Positions 31,380 to 42,706 of a stretch of 64,000 nucleotides of DNA are shown here, piece by piece. The DNA is from Ramazzottius varieornatus (lineage: Eukaryota; Animalia; Tardigrada): positions 9,244,464 to 9,308,463 of the forward strand of contig BDGG01000001.1 of NCBI GenBank assembly GCA_001949185.1, in the 5' to 3' direction. The translations under genes were made by a program, and so were the position numbers. Each line of letters begins with the position of its first letter. Positions within the stretch are counted from its first letter, which is position 1. Under the pieces are notes generated by a model that was not told the DNA's origin, ran no database searches, and was given only the letters and a program-made list of their open reading frames with translations.

Positions 31380-33356
31380 TTATGTGCTGCTAAGCGGAAA
31401 GAGAAGGTAGACTTGATCGGTCATCAGGACAACCGTATCGGCAGGCGGATTACACGCCACGAAGCGTAGCCTTGACGGACCAGCGGAAGTCGCAAAGTCG
31501 TCTTGTACGGAGGTGGCGCCATCTGTCTGGGCCTCGGCAAACAGCCGGTACAAACCCAGAGCCAAGATACCGTATTCTTGCAACAAGGTTAGAAACATCT
31601 GACCATAGCTTGAACTCTGCAAAAAGATAGAAAAAATACAAGTTTACATCTCTAGAATAGCCTAGCTCTCGTGCGGTGTATAGCATAGTACTGTATGTCG
31701 TACCGCAAAATGCCGTAAAGATCTTTTGGAAATGTCTATCAGGCGGAGAGCTTGCGTATAAAGGAGGTTCTTGGGTTGTACAGCGGAAGTGGTGGCAGAA
31801 GGCAGGACAAGGCCGGGGCCTTCAGCCATCACCTCTCGACGTCTTCTTGAGACGCTTCAGCAGAGGCTAAGCCGGACAAGAGTCGAGCCAACGATGGACC
31901 AAAACATGCCTGCAATATCAAAAGAGCCAGCTTGAACGTTTCGCGTGGGAAAACCAGATCGCTCAGTAAAGGCGCTGCTTGCAGCTGAGGCCAGCTTACC
32001 GGGATAAGCATGCTGGAACGGAGGTGATCGGAGCTAAGAACTCGACCAGACATAAATGGTGGCGAGGAACCATATTCGTTCTTCTGGCCGGCTCCTGGCG
32101 AGATGACGCGCAAGCTCTCCTTATTGTCTGCCATGCGATTAGAACTTTTAAAAGCAGTTAATGTCATACCAAGCAGGCAAACATGTACAAGCAGCAGAAT
32201 ATGTTACCCAGGATAGTCTTGGTGCTCATATCGCCATAGCCTGTCAGGAAAAGTAGATGGTGAGGCGGGTCGTCGACCCAAAAGTAATACGTAAAAGACG
32301 ACAGGAAAAGGTTTGGTTACCAACGGTGGAGATGGTGATGACAGAGAAGTAGGCAAAGTTCCAGAAGGTGGTCTTCTGCTGTAGAGTGTTGTCATGCAGT
32401 GTCCCCGGGGTCGCCGAGCACTCCAGCAACAGAAAGGTCCCGGTCATAATGTAGAGAAAGAGGCGGGCAAACTTGATGGCCAGCAAGTTGGCCAACAATC
32501 CCGTGGCGCGCGCCAGGTCCACCAACCACAACAAGTTGAGGACTCGCAGGTAACGCAGCCCGAACCAATTACGGTCCAGGCCGATAGCCACGAAGGTTGG
32601 CGGGACCGTGAAGTAGTCCACAAGCGACATGACACTCCAGGAGAAGGCCAGCTTCTTGTCGTGTGCTGCAAACTATTAGAGAAGGCATATTCAATGGCTT
32701 ATCGATTATTTAATCCAATCCTCGGCATATTCCACTAATATTCTTAAATCTGGCTCCACGGTTGTTGCAAAGCGATACCCGGCCTTACCCTCAGAAAAAA
32801 GTAGAGGAGGAAGTAGCAGTAAAGGCTAGATCCACTTGCCACCATACGTCCCTCGTCCATTGGTGGCACAGCTCCACTTCCAAACATGACCTACCGAGTA
32901 AAGAACTTACTTCCATTACAGTGCCTTCAGGGAAGGCAGGGGCATTGGTAGGCGCTACTCACGGAGCAGTTTCCCGCCAGTAAACAATCAGCGACCCCAC
33001 AGCGCAAAGTACTCCCAGACCTTTCTGTAAGGCGTTCAAAGTGGCATCAACCTCATACTCGACGGGAAAAGAGAAAAGCAAGAGCTTACGAGAAGGGTGC
33101 CGGTCACGCTTTGGTCCGAGAGGCAGGTGGCCGCCGCATAAGTGGCTCGCTGTGACCATGGTCTGCTGCTGGTCGATACAATGCCTGTCGAAGGCTGGGC
33201 TCCACGGAGAAGAAGTCGGCCAAGCACGACGAGGACGGTCAGGGCAAAGGGAACAGCTACACTGCTGATCAAGAAGGCATCCCAACGCCGTGCGCCCATC
33301 CATCCTTCGTCCCCCACTTGACATGGTACTGCACCATACCATGCATCAGCTCCCAA
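31380..33356 (-). pseudogene. Slo/BK-family K+ channel relic with frameshift and large internal deletions
   Basis: S0 RRWDAFLISS; SDQSVTG; SLVDYFTVPPTFV...RNWFGLRYLR; pore TISTVG|YGD; C-terminal YGQMFLTLLQEYGILALGLYRL...RFVACNPP. Frameshift near 32820. No S6, and most of RCK1/RCK2 is missing. Confidence 0.75.
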
Positions 33357-34226
33357 CAGCCACTAGGAACAATTTAACGGAACTGGCCACTTGTTGCTAG
33401 CTTAACATCTCCAAAGTTGAGCAAGAATTTGTCAAGCAACGTACCTCATCCTAGGCTAGCATCGTACATGCAGTAATCGAGACAGGAGGAGCCTTCCGTT
33501 TCGAATGAGCTCGCTAAAAATTGATGTGCGTATCGTAGTTCCTGCAACAGAACGCGAAGAGATTCAGCAAAACAAAACAAGCAGCAAACAATGCATGCAT
33601 TCCACAGCCAGCGGATAAGCCGACAACGAACATACCAGGCCTCGAGGCTTAGTTGCAAGCAGCAGAATGACTGACGGCCCAATATCTCGACAAACCAGCA
33701 TGGAAAGTGTTCAGAGGTGACTGCGCTTCAGGCAAGCCTATTCAGTGGACTAAGACATTGGCAACTTTGATGTTTTGCAGAAGCGTAATGAAAAAATACA
33801 CTGAATGGACTGCTTTATTGGGGTTAAGTGTCACTATAGAAAGAAAGGAGAAGGAGTGGATTGCTACCTGCACAAAGTAACAAAACATCAAGATAAAATC
33901 TCAAATGAAACAGAAAAGCCAGTAAGGGAGGATGATGTGCACTTTTCAGCTGGAAGTGCGTTGAGTAACAAAGAAGTCAAGATTTCTCTGACCGATACTT
34001 TTCAACAATCCTCATATTTTCGAAACGTCCAGAGACAGTGCTTTCCCTCCCTGAACTGAACACTGAAGAGGCAGGCCAAACATGTTTCAATAAATACCAA
34101 CTACCAAGGTCTGCTGGCTTCAGTTTAAAACCGACTCTATGACAAATACTGACTCCTACTTGTGTGACGCTGGTGTTCAGCAAAGGGCCAAAGACGATGA
34201 AGAAGAAGAAGGGGGAGGGACGACGT

Positions 34227-37200
34227 CTAGTTGAGGGAGCCGCGACAGCCTTTGGAGCCGCAGAGGCAGGGGATCTTGCTCTCCTCGATGGGGAACTTGT
34301 AGTCGTAGGTGATCTCCTCGCCGGCGTTGATTTGCTGCTTGGAGAAGATGACAATCTTCTTCTGGCCGTCGACACTGATCACCTTGGCATAGGAGTTGGG
34401 CTGCAACAGAAGAATGAGCCCATCGTAGGTGTCCACCAGGGATGGAAGAATGTTGCCAAGTGACGCACCTTGTCAGCCAGTCGAACCTAGCAAGATGCGC
34501 CACTTGAGCGAAGCAGCATGTCGAGTTTGTTGGGGCTGAGCTGCCACATACCCGACTTGTTACCTTGGACACATGTCACAGGACTAGAGAAAGAAAGGCA
34601 TGGTGGCTTCTTACCGTGCAGCAGTGGTTCATGAAGCGGGCATAATTGCCACTCTTGGTGGCATCAATGACGCTAAAGTCGTCGACACGAAAGAGGTAGG
34701 AACTGCCGATGCCCACCTTCTCGTAGCGCTTCTCCCGCACGTCGGCGATATGGGCCCGAATCTTCTCACCGATATACTCAATGACCATCTCGTCTGGCGC
34801 GATGGGCTCTTGGGCAAAGAGACCCCAGTTGTGGATCTTGGACCGGCCGAACCTGACCCTCTTGGCCTCGCTTTGCTACAACAGACAACATCCAGCATCA
34901 CAACGCGGCCTACCCGAGACTGATCTGGCTGGTTTTTCCCTACGGTAAGCTTGTCGACAAGCGCACAAAGGCTGGTGCCCTGGCCGGCAGGGCCATATTG
35001 GTTGGCCATATGGGCCGAAAGAGGCACAGTGGCCAGCCCAACAAGTGGGACCGATGTGGCGCTGCTGCGTCTTACCTTGAGAGAGCAGAACTTGCCAATG
35101 TCGACGCCCAGCTCGCTAGCCGTGTAGTCCAGCTCGTTGATGAGGCGGCGCTTGTTCATGCGGGCTTCGCGGGCACTGAGGCCCTTGCCCCGCGTCACCC
35201 GCTCCTTCTCCTGAATCTCCTCCACGACCGCTCTCCTGGCCTGCTCGCTGGGCGACAAGTCGTTGAGGCGGATGGCGCTGCCGTATCGACCGGCCGGTGC
35301 AGACACCCGCTCAATCTTCTCGGCGTCAAAGGGGGCAGTGGCGTCGACGGTGGCGTTCTTGCGCAGATGGAGGACGCGGCGGGTGGTGCGCTTGTAGGGC
35401 GTGCAACGGGCACAGCCGCCCTCCGACGGCCTCTCCCTCTCCCACTTGTCCAAGGCCGCTTCACGGGCCGCTTGACTGACACCCGGCACCGACAGCAGCG
35501 TGGCCGGATGGTCGACCCAGTGGAAGACCCTCAGCCAGTCGGGGATCTGGTCGGCCACCAGCAGCTCATCCGTGGCCGCCTTCAAGTAGCCAATGTCCTC
35601 CCCATCTATGCCCTGCCTAATGGCCTGCGCCAGCTTCTACAGAGAACACACAAGCCATATAGCTATAGTGACGCTATCCGCTGCGCCTCTCGCTACTTAC
35701 GCTCTCCTTCTCCTGCGGCGATCGCTCCTCGAAGAAGGGCCGCTTCCACGGGGCAATCTTGTCCTTGATGACCGTCGCCTCTATTGGCACCTTCTTCTTG
35801 ATGAGCGGAAGAGTGCTGCTGGTGCGGGAAGGGATCAGGCCCTGTGCGCCATCCACTGCCTTGGATGGCAGGGCCGGCAGGACAAAGTCCTGCTGTAGCT
35901 TGGTCGTCGTCGTCGTCGTCGTCTTCTTCTTCTTCTTCTTGGCTGGCGGCTGCTGACTGTCCTCGGCCCACTTCTGGGCCTTGTCCTTCTCCTCCACAAT
36001 CTCCGAGGCGGCAAGCAGCAGGTCCAAGGCCGAGAAGGGGTCCTCGGTGATGGGCGTCAGCACGCTGTCGTTGGCGGCCAACAAGATGGGCTTCCGGCTG
36101 ACCGGCTCCTCATTCTCGCTCCTACAGAGCAACACCAGTCAACACCTTACTTTTCTTCTATAGACCAGGACACACGAGTAGGGCCTTACTTGGTGACAAC
36201 GTCCGACCTGGACAGTTGCAAGAGGGCCTTCTCGGCTTCCCGTTCGGCCTTGCTGTGTTGCTCCGAGGAGCTCTTCCTCTTCTTGTCCTTGTGGGGCGAC
36301 GACGATACCAGCGGCGTCGTTAGGAAGACACTGTTGGAACTGTCGGCCTTGAGGAGAGTGTCGGGCAAGAGACTGACCATCTGCACGTCGGCGGCCGCAG
36401 CATCCTCCTCCACACTGCGCCGCTTCGTATCGCCTTCGCGCTCCTTTTTCCTCTTCTTGGACTTGAGCGGTTCTTCCGGTACTTTCCATGTTTGGCCTTC
36501 CTCCTTGACGGCAGGCTTCTGGTCCGCCGACACACCAGCGCCGTTCTCTCCCTTCTGCTTGGCTACGGCGCTGCTGGCGGCCTCTTGTGGCTCATTCTCT
36601 TGTCCCTCAGTCGTGGCTGCCACCGCCACAGCTTTCTATAGCCATAAAACGCAGTCTTAATCAACATAATCCATGCTATGCGAAGGACAGACTGTATTCT
36701 CACCGGCTTCCTGAAGGAGGGCATCTTGTGGATCTTCAAGGCATTCCTCAAACTAAGTGGCCCACCTCCGCTTATATCCCCACTGAGTATCTTGTCCACC
36801 GTGTTGGTAATGTCCATTACGTGCGGAGTTATGCTTGTCGTCGTTGAGACATTTCGGATGGACATCTGCAATTATACTGTAGTAATGGTCCAAACTTCAA
36901 ATGAGGCTTAATAATTATCCTCCACTTCGAATAACAGCAAGAGACGACAGGGGCAAGTGACATACTCGTTGATTGTATTCGCGTTGATGCTTCTCGGTCC
37001 ATGCATCGAAAGCCCTAAAGAGATGGGTGTGGATGATGCGGCGTTCCAGGTCGCGGGTGATGACCGTCTTCATGTCTTCCATTAGCTTGGCAAAGCAGTC
37101 GCCTTGCACCTGGTAGGGACTGAGCAGTGGCCGGAAGTAGCTTGGGTAGAAGGCCCTCAAATCGTGGGGGATGCTGGGCAGGTTGTACAGGCCGCTGTGC

Positions 37201-39150
37201 AGGAAGAGCTGTGACAGCAGGTTGGCCTTGGGGTCGACGCGGATGGTGGGCAGCGGCTTTTGGTCGGCATCCACGTTGAGGATCACCACTCCCGGCGGCG
37301 GCAAGGGCACCTTCAGCGTGGCCGGCAGCGGACCTTTGGGCAGCTGGCCGAAGCGCGAGCCACGCTTGGCCGGCGGAGAAGCCGCCGGCGTGATGGGCGA
37401 CATTGAAGCCACCACGCTACCTTCCACTTCCTTCCTCTTGTCCTTCTGCCCCTCTTCATCAGCATCTTCTCCTAGACAGCAAACCATACACATCAGACAC
37501 TTTTTAAATTCTACAGCACCTTGGGTCAACCCACGCTAGTCGGCCACCCCCTGGGTTGCTTGACTTACCGATGAAAACAGGGGTGACCGACTTTGACCGA
37601 TAGGTGCAGCTCAACCATATATTGAGTTTAAAGACGAGATATTTCTTACCAAAGGCCTGGAACTCTTTGAGGATGGATTCATCGAACGGTCCGCGTCCGC
37701 TCTTGAAGAGCATAGTGATGCGTTCATGCAAGCTGGGCCGTGGTGGTCGTGTAGCTTCTTCTTCCTCCAGCGGTGGCAGCTTGTGATGGTGGTGATGATG
37801 ACTGTCGAAGCCATTGGCGTATACCACGCTGCTCTGGCTGTTGGTCGTCGTCCACGAGTTGCGACTGTTGTGGTGACTCTGTACCGAACTAACCGAGGGC
37901 GAGGGCGAGTGCGAATAGGATGGCAAGACAGCCGACACCGGTGTGCCGTAACCAAGGGAAGACTGCGGAGGGTCGACAGGAGGTGGCGGTTGTGCCTTGG
38001 TTGGAGGCGCTGGTGGATCCAGCAAGGAGGAGCGGTTGTGCTTGGGTTGCTCTGCTACCAACTCTTTGATACAAGCCTTGTACTTTTTACCTAGCCAGAA
38101 CAACGAATACTCAACCAGCAAGAAACTCTGAAAAGCAAAGTCCACGGACCACGACTGTGAAACAGTCTTGGTCAGTCTTATGGCCTGCCATTCTGCCTCC
38201 TGCCGTGCGTAACACCACGGCCAACCAAAAAGAAACTCGTCCATCAAAATCGTCAATCAACATTCTTCAATCAATGGCGCCTATACCACTACTTATGCTA
38301 ATTCTCGATTGATTGCCAGCCGTGATTGAAAGAAACCACCAGATGCATTTATCTTCTTCCAATCTGGGAACCACTACTCAACCCGGAAGCCCCCTGCTCA
38401 TCCCCACTGCGTGAATCATGCTTTTGTGGTTAAAAGGAATGGCTTAGCTTAGATTGCAACTGAAGAGAGGCAGAAACCATACCTAAAGGATCCTTGGAAG
38501 CGTGGATAACGTTGCCCATCACAGCTCGTCCATTCATGGCTATGATGCAGGCGTCAGCGCTCTGTGAGGTCGTCAGCTCGACGTGGGCCAGTCCCAGATG
38601 TCTCTTGGTAGACGGGTGATACGCGATACTGAGATGGACCACATCAAAGTTGTGCTTCTTGAGCAGCGTGCGCAGAAAGTCTTCCCTGACATTGTCATTG
38701 AGGTTTTCCAGCAGCACCTCCACTTCCGGTGGCGTTCCCGTGTAGTTGGCGTCGATCTGGAAGGATTCGCTCAGAACAACCCTCAATCTGATCTCTTTGA
38801 CCGAACTTACCACAAATCTGGTAGGGAGAAGCTTGACCGTTTGATGAAAGGGAACGCTCCGAAAGCGTTGTTGAGGATTTCTCCGCGGATCCTTGACGAC
38901 TACGGTCTCCTCCTGCAGACAAAGCAACCTGGGTTAGACCATGCAACCTACCACGGCAGGACTTTGTCTATCTCACATAAGAATACTGATCGCGCAGTTT
39001 CTTGTCGAGAATGATGCCTTCGACGCGGTAGACCTTCTGCTTGTGCTTGGCATCGATGGAAGGATCAGCAATTAACTTGTAATTGTTCAGCTTCCGACGA
39101 TCACCAGCCGCCGAGCTGGATCCTGATGGCGCCTCCGTGATCCCAGACAT
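34227..39150 (-). CDS. SETD1: SET1/SETD1 H3K4 methyltransferase
   Basis: N-terminal NYKLIADP...KVYRVEG; RRM ([11 protein letters not shown]...[11 protein letters not shown]); N-SET with Win-like GCARC; [11 protein letters not shown]...MVIEYIGE...IGSSYLFR...[11 protein letters not shown]; EEITYDYKF; post-[16 protein letters not shown]. Confidence 0.96.
35903..35940. repeat. Compound (GTC)n(TTC)n trinucleotide repeat encoding poly-Lys/poly-Thr in SET1
   Basis: gtcgtcgtcgtcgtcgtcgtcttcttcttcttcttctt encodes [13 protein letters not shown] on the minus strand. Confidence 0.85.
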
Positions 39151-39513
39151 TCCTACCACGTAACGTCAAGCAAACCTCATCGGAGCTCTCGTTCCAGACT
39201 TCGTAAGACAAGAACTGCGACCCAGAGAGGAAAAGATGGAGAAATAAAAACGAGAAAATGGCAAAGTAACAGGCAACAATCAGCCCTCAGCTGCCCTCTC
39301 GTTCCGGTGAGGCCTTGATTGACCATTGATGGTCAACGATTGATTGGCCACAAACATGTGTATGCATGTGCTCGTCATGGAAGCTGGATCAAGTGTGCAT
39401 CGTGCAGGAATGGGCGGTGTTAGCGTTTTCCTCGGGAGTATATTTTGCAGTGCGCAGCGCATGCTGGCCATCATTTCACCAATCTAGCCTACTGCAGCAC
39501 TGCTGGAAAAGTA

Positions 39514-39709
39514 CACGTATCATTATGAAACAGTAACAATTATGGGACAGTATCAATTAAGGGACAGGTCTTTCCGCTACGGCGATAAGGAAGCACGTAC
39601 GTACACGACCGATTCACACCAATGTACTTTTCAGTTTTCGCACTTTTCTACGTTTGAATTTCCATTTTGCCGTCGTTTCCGCCTGTCCCATAATTTTCCA
39701 TCGTGCGTG
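39514..39709. mobile_element. Degenerate MITE-like element
   Basis: AATTATGGGACAG (39538-39550) and AATTAAGGGACAGG (39555-39568) are inverted relative to CCTGTCCCATAATT (39682-39695). Ends read TA-CACG...CGTG-TA. Confidence 0.5.
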
Positions 39710-40061
39710 TACAGAGGAATAGTAGATCCTATGGCCAGAGTTACAACCGCAGCGTAGCTGTGTAAAAGTTTCAGGCAAGTCGTTCTTCGACGTTCTACCC
39801 TCCACGCCACTGATATTAGAGTGGGATAATTCAACTAATGTACGCATTCAAACATTTTTCAAAAGACTTCCATGCTGACCAGTATCAGACCAGTGCTGAA
39901 TTTGAGTTTTGACTCAAAACTGTAGAGAGAGTTCTGCCTTGCCAGGACTGATTTTTTGTAAGTCTGTGAAATCTTTTCGTATTACCGGCTATTGTCGCTA
40001 ATTCGCATCAGCAGGTTCTTCACGAGAACTAAAGAGCATCAGCAAATATGAAGGTTGACTT

Positions 40062-41772
40062 TTAGGACCGCGTTGAATAATAAAACTTTAACAAATCATC
40101 CTCTTCGAAATGACCCGCAGGAGTTTCTGGCAGACAATTGGGGACAGGTGTTCGGCTTGCACTTCTTTCTTCGGTTTTCTCGCTATGCAGCACATCATGG
40201 ATGGCTCTTTCCTCACTGACGTAGGCCAAGTTCAAACCCTTCCCGGCATACCACGTCTTCTTCAACAGGTTGACTCGGCAAACGTAAACTTCACCCAGTG
40301 CGGAACACAGCAGCAGCGTGTAGTTGAGGTGGTACTTGCCATAATGACAAACAATCCTTTGTGAACCAGATTGGCCGGTCAACGGTGTTCGTAGTGTTAA
40401 AATGGAACGTTCTTCTTCCAAAACATTTTCTCCTGCTGGACAAATACGGCATTCATTCATGCAAAATGAGCTTCTACCGTAGAAAGTATCGATTTCACTC
40501 TGCGGACATACCCGTCACGGTTGACACTAGCGATGTCAAGGAGCGCGGGAGGACATTGCCGAAAACGCCGGCCAGAACACTGCGCCAAGTCGACGGTGTA
40601 CTGGTACCCGATGCTTCGCTCTTGTCTTTCAGGCTGTTCTTTAGCTGGAAAATGTGGACACTGCCCCGTTCACTGACCGTGACGATGCAGTGGGCATCCG
40701 GCGAAAAGACCAGCGAACAAAGAAGGACGGCTGTTAAGCCACGACGAAACTGGTGAAGGAGCTGGCCGCTGGGTAGTGTGAAGACCCGGATGACGGTGCC
40801 ACGCGACGAGGAAGTGGCCAAACGCCGAGCAGCACTGTCCATCACCAGACAGCTCAAATGTCCTAAGTACAGACTCTTTTGACATAATTCCTCCATTTTA
40901 CAGCGACAGAACAAGCCTGAAGAAACTGCTACCGCTTCGATGGGCTAGAATGCGAATGGTCAAGGATTGCTGTTCCACGTCTTGAACCACTACGCAACCC
41001 TAAAAAACAGAGCGAACAGACGCGTAAAGGTTGGGCAGTAACCCGTCGGATCGAAAAGAGCGTTCTAGGCAGAGGAAAATTTACCCGACCGTTAAATTGC
41101 CGTCGCAATGGGCCACATAACAGTTGATAGGGTCGTTGGACAGTGCGAAAGGCGAGAGGACGTAGGTCAGCTGGGAAATGGGCTGGACACCTTCTAGCCG
41201 GTAGATGTACAGCTGCGTGTTGACGGCCACCACGAACATGCCGTGGTTGGCCAGGACGTCTTGTATGGGACCATAATAGCCCAGTTTAGCCACTACCTGC
41301 GCCACATGTATTACCATCATTCATTTCGGTCATTGAAGTACTGTAACTTTCAACAAAAGACACACCGCAAACCTACTTCCTCCTTGTCGTAATCCTCTAT
41401 GTACAGGTTGGAAGCGTCGGTGGTCGGAGCGAAGAGGACCAACTTCCCTGTAAAGTACTATAATTATACAGTAGTAGTTGTCACACAATAAATTCCGGCT
41501 AGAGACCTATCTGTACCACCGCAACCAAAGGTCCAAAACTGACCTGTAAGGGCGCATTGGATCAACGTAATGGACATGCGTTGCGCAGTGGCGTACTGCA
41601 AGGTGCATGCTCCAGTATCGTCAATAGAAAGAACCTGGTAGCCACAGACGCTGGCTATCAGCAGGAACTTGCCGTCGTTGGAGAAAGTGCAATTGTTCAC
41701 TTTCGGTCCAGCTGTCAGGATTTCCACCACGTTATCCGCTTCCGCATTGTCTACCTCTTTGCCACTATCCAT
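40062..41772 (-). CDS. WIPI/ATG18-family PROPPIN WD40 protein
   Basis: RLATSSSRGTVIRVFTLPSGQLLHQFRRG...SLVFSPD...SERGSVHIFQL (FRRG phosphoinositide-binding motif); WD40-like upstream exons; divergent N-terminal half. Confidence 0.88.
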
Positions 41773-41955
41773 GCCAATTCTGTGAAATGACCACCGTTGA
41801 ATATCAGAGACTACGTCCGGTGCCCTCACAAATATATTCTGTACTAAACGCCTTTCTAGCAATGGAACAGCGATCCAGTTATGTCGGGAAGGGTGGACAT
41901 ACTTAAGGTGCAAATGGGTGGGCGATCGGCTGGAGCGTTGCTACGCTCTGCAGAG

Positions 41956-42706
41956 CTAGAGAAGTGAGACGTGGTCTTCCCACAAGACGATGAAGCCCAG
42001 TCCTCGTACTGTCGCAAGGGGAAATGCGCTGGGGCAAAAGTCCAGCTGAACAGAGTTACTTGCTGACAGGAATGTCAGCTCGCCATTGCTGATGTGGTCG
42101 TTCCCAGTGATCGACACTCCCCGGATAACTGTGATGAAAAGATCGTTAACTCGAGTTTCGAGCCCATCCAGGAAGAGCTTTGAGCCCACTTCCCTACCAA
42201 AAGGGCGCATTTCCTGCATGTAATGCGTATACTACAGCTAACCTACGTTGAACGGACGTTAGCGGCGAAGTCGACAAAAGTTTCTGGTAAATTTTGTCTT
42301 GACAGGGACGTTGTCCGGCTACGTCTGCCAATTTCCCATCCATCAGCACCATGTAGTCCACGTTGCGAAGAACAAGGTACGGCAAGCGTACTTCCACCTA
42401 TGCAGAACAACACATAATGATACACTTTACAGCAAGCAAGGGACCAGTCAGAAACACAGATGTAAGCAGACATTGGCTTACCTTTACGTCCGGGTTGGGA
42501 CTTTTCAGCAGCCATCGACACTTTAAGCCAAAAGGGTAAGGTCGCCGAGGGAAATCCTCGGGATACGTCATATTGCCACCAAAGTCCGCCGTCAATGTTT
42601 GACCACAACGAGCAGTGAGAATCAGCTTGTCTTTGCTGAAACCATCAACAGACACGAAGAGAATCGTCGCTGAAAAGAAGGAAAGCAGTAAAGCACAGCT
42701 ATTCAT
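41956..42706 (-). CDS. Small secreted single-CUB-like domain protein (3 exons)
   Basis: Signal peptide MNSCALLLSFFSATILFVSVDG; CGQTLTADFGGNMTYPEDFP..YPFGLKCRWLL; DYMVLMDG; FLSASNSVQLDF...GLGFIVLW. Confidence 0.75.

Noticed and set aside
34998-36660. Long plus-strand ORFs antisense to SET1 (similar ones lie opposite HR4, TM9SF2 and the 63 kb gene)
   Set aside because: Shadow ORFs produced by GC-rich codon usage on the coding strand.
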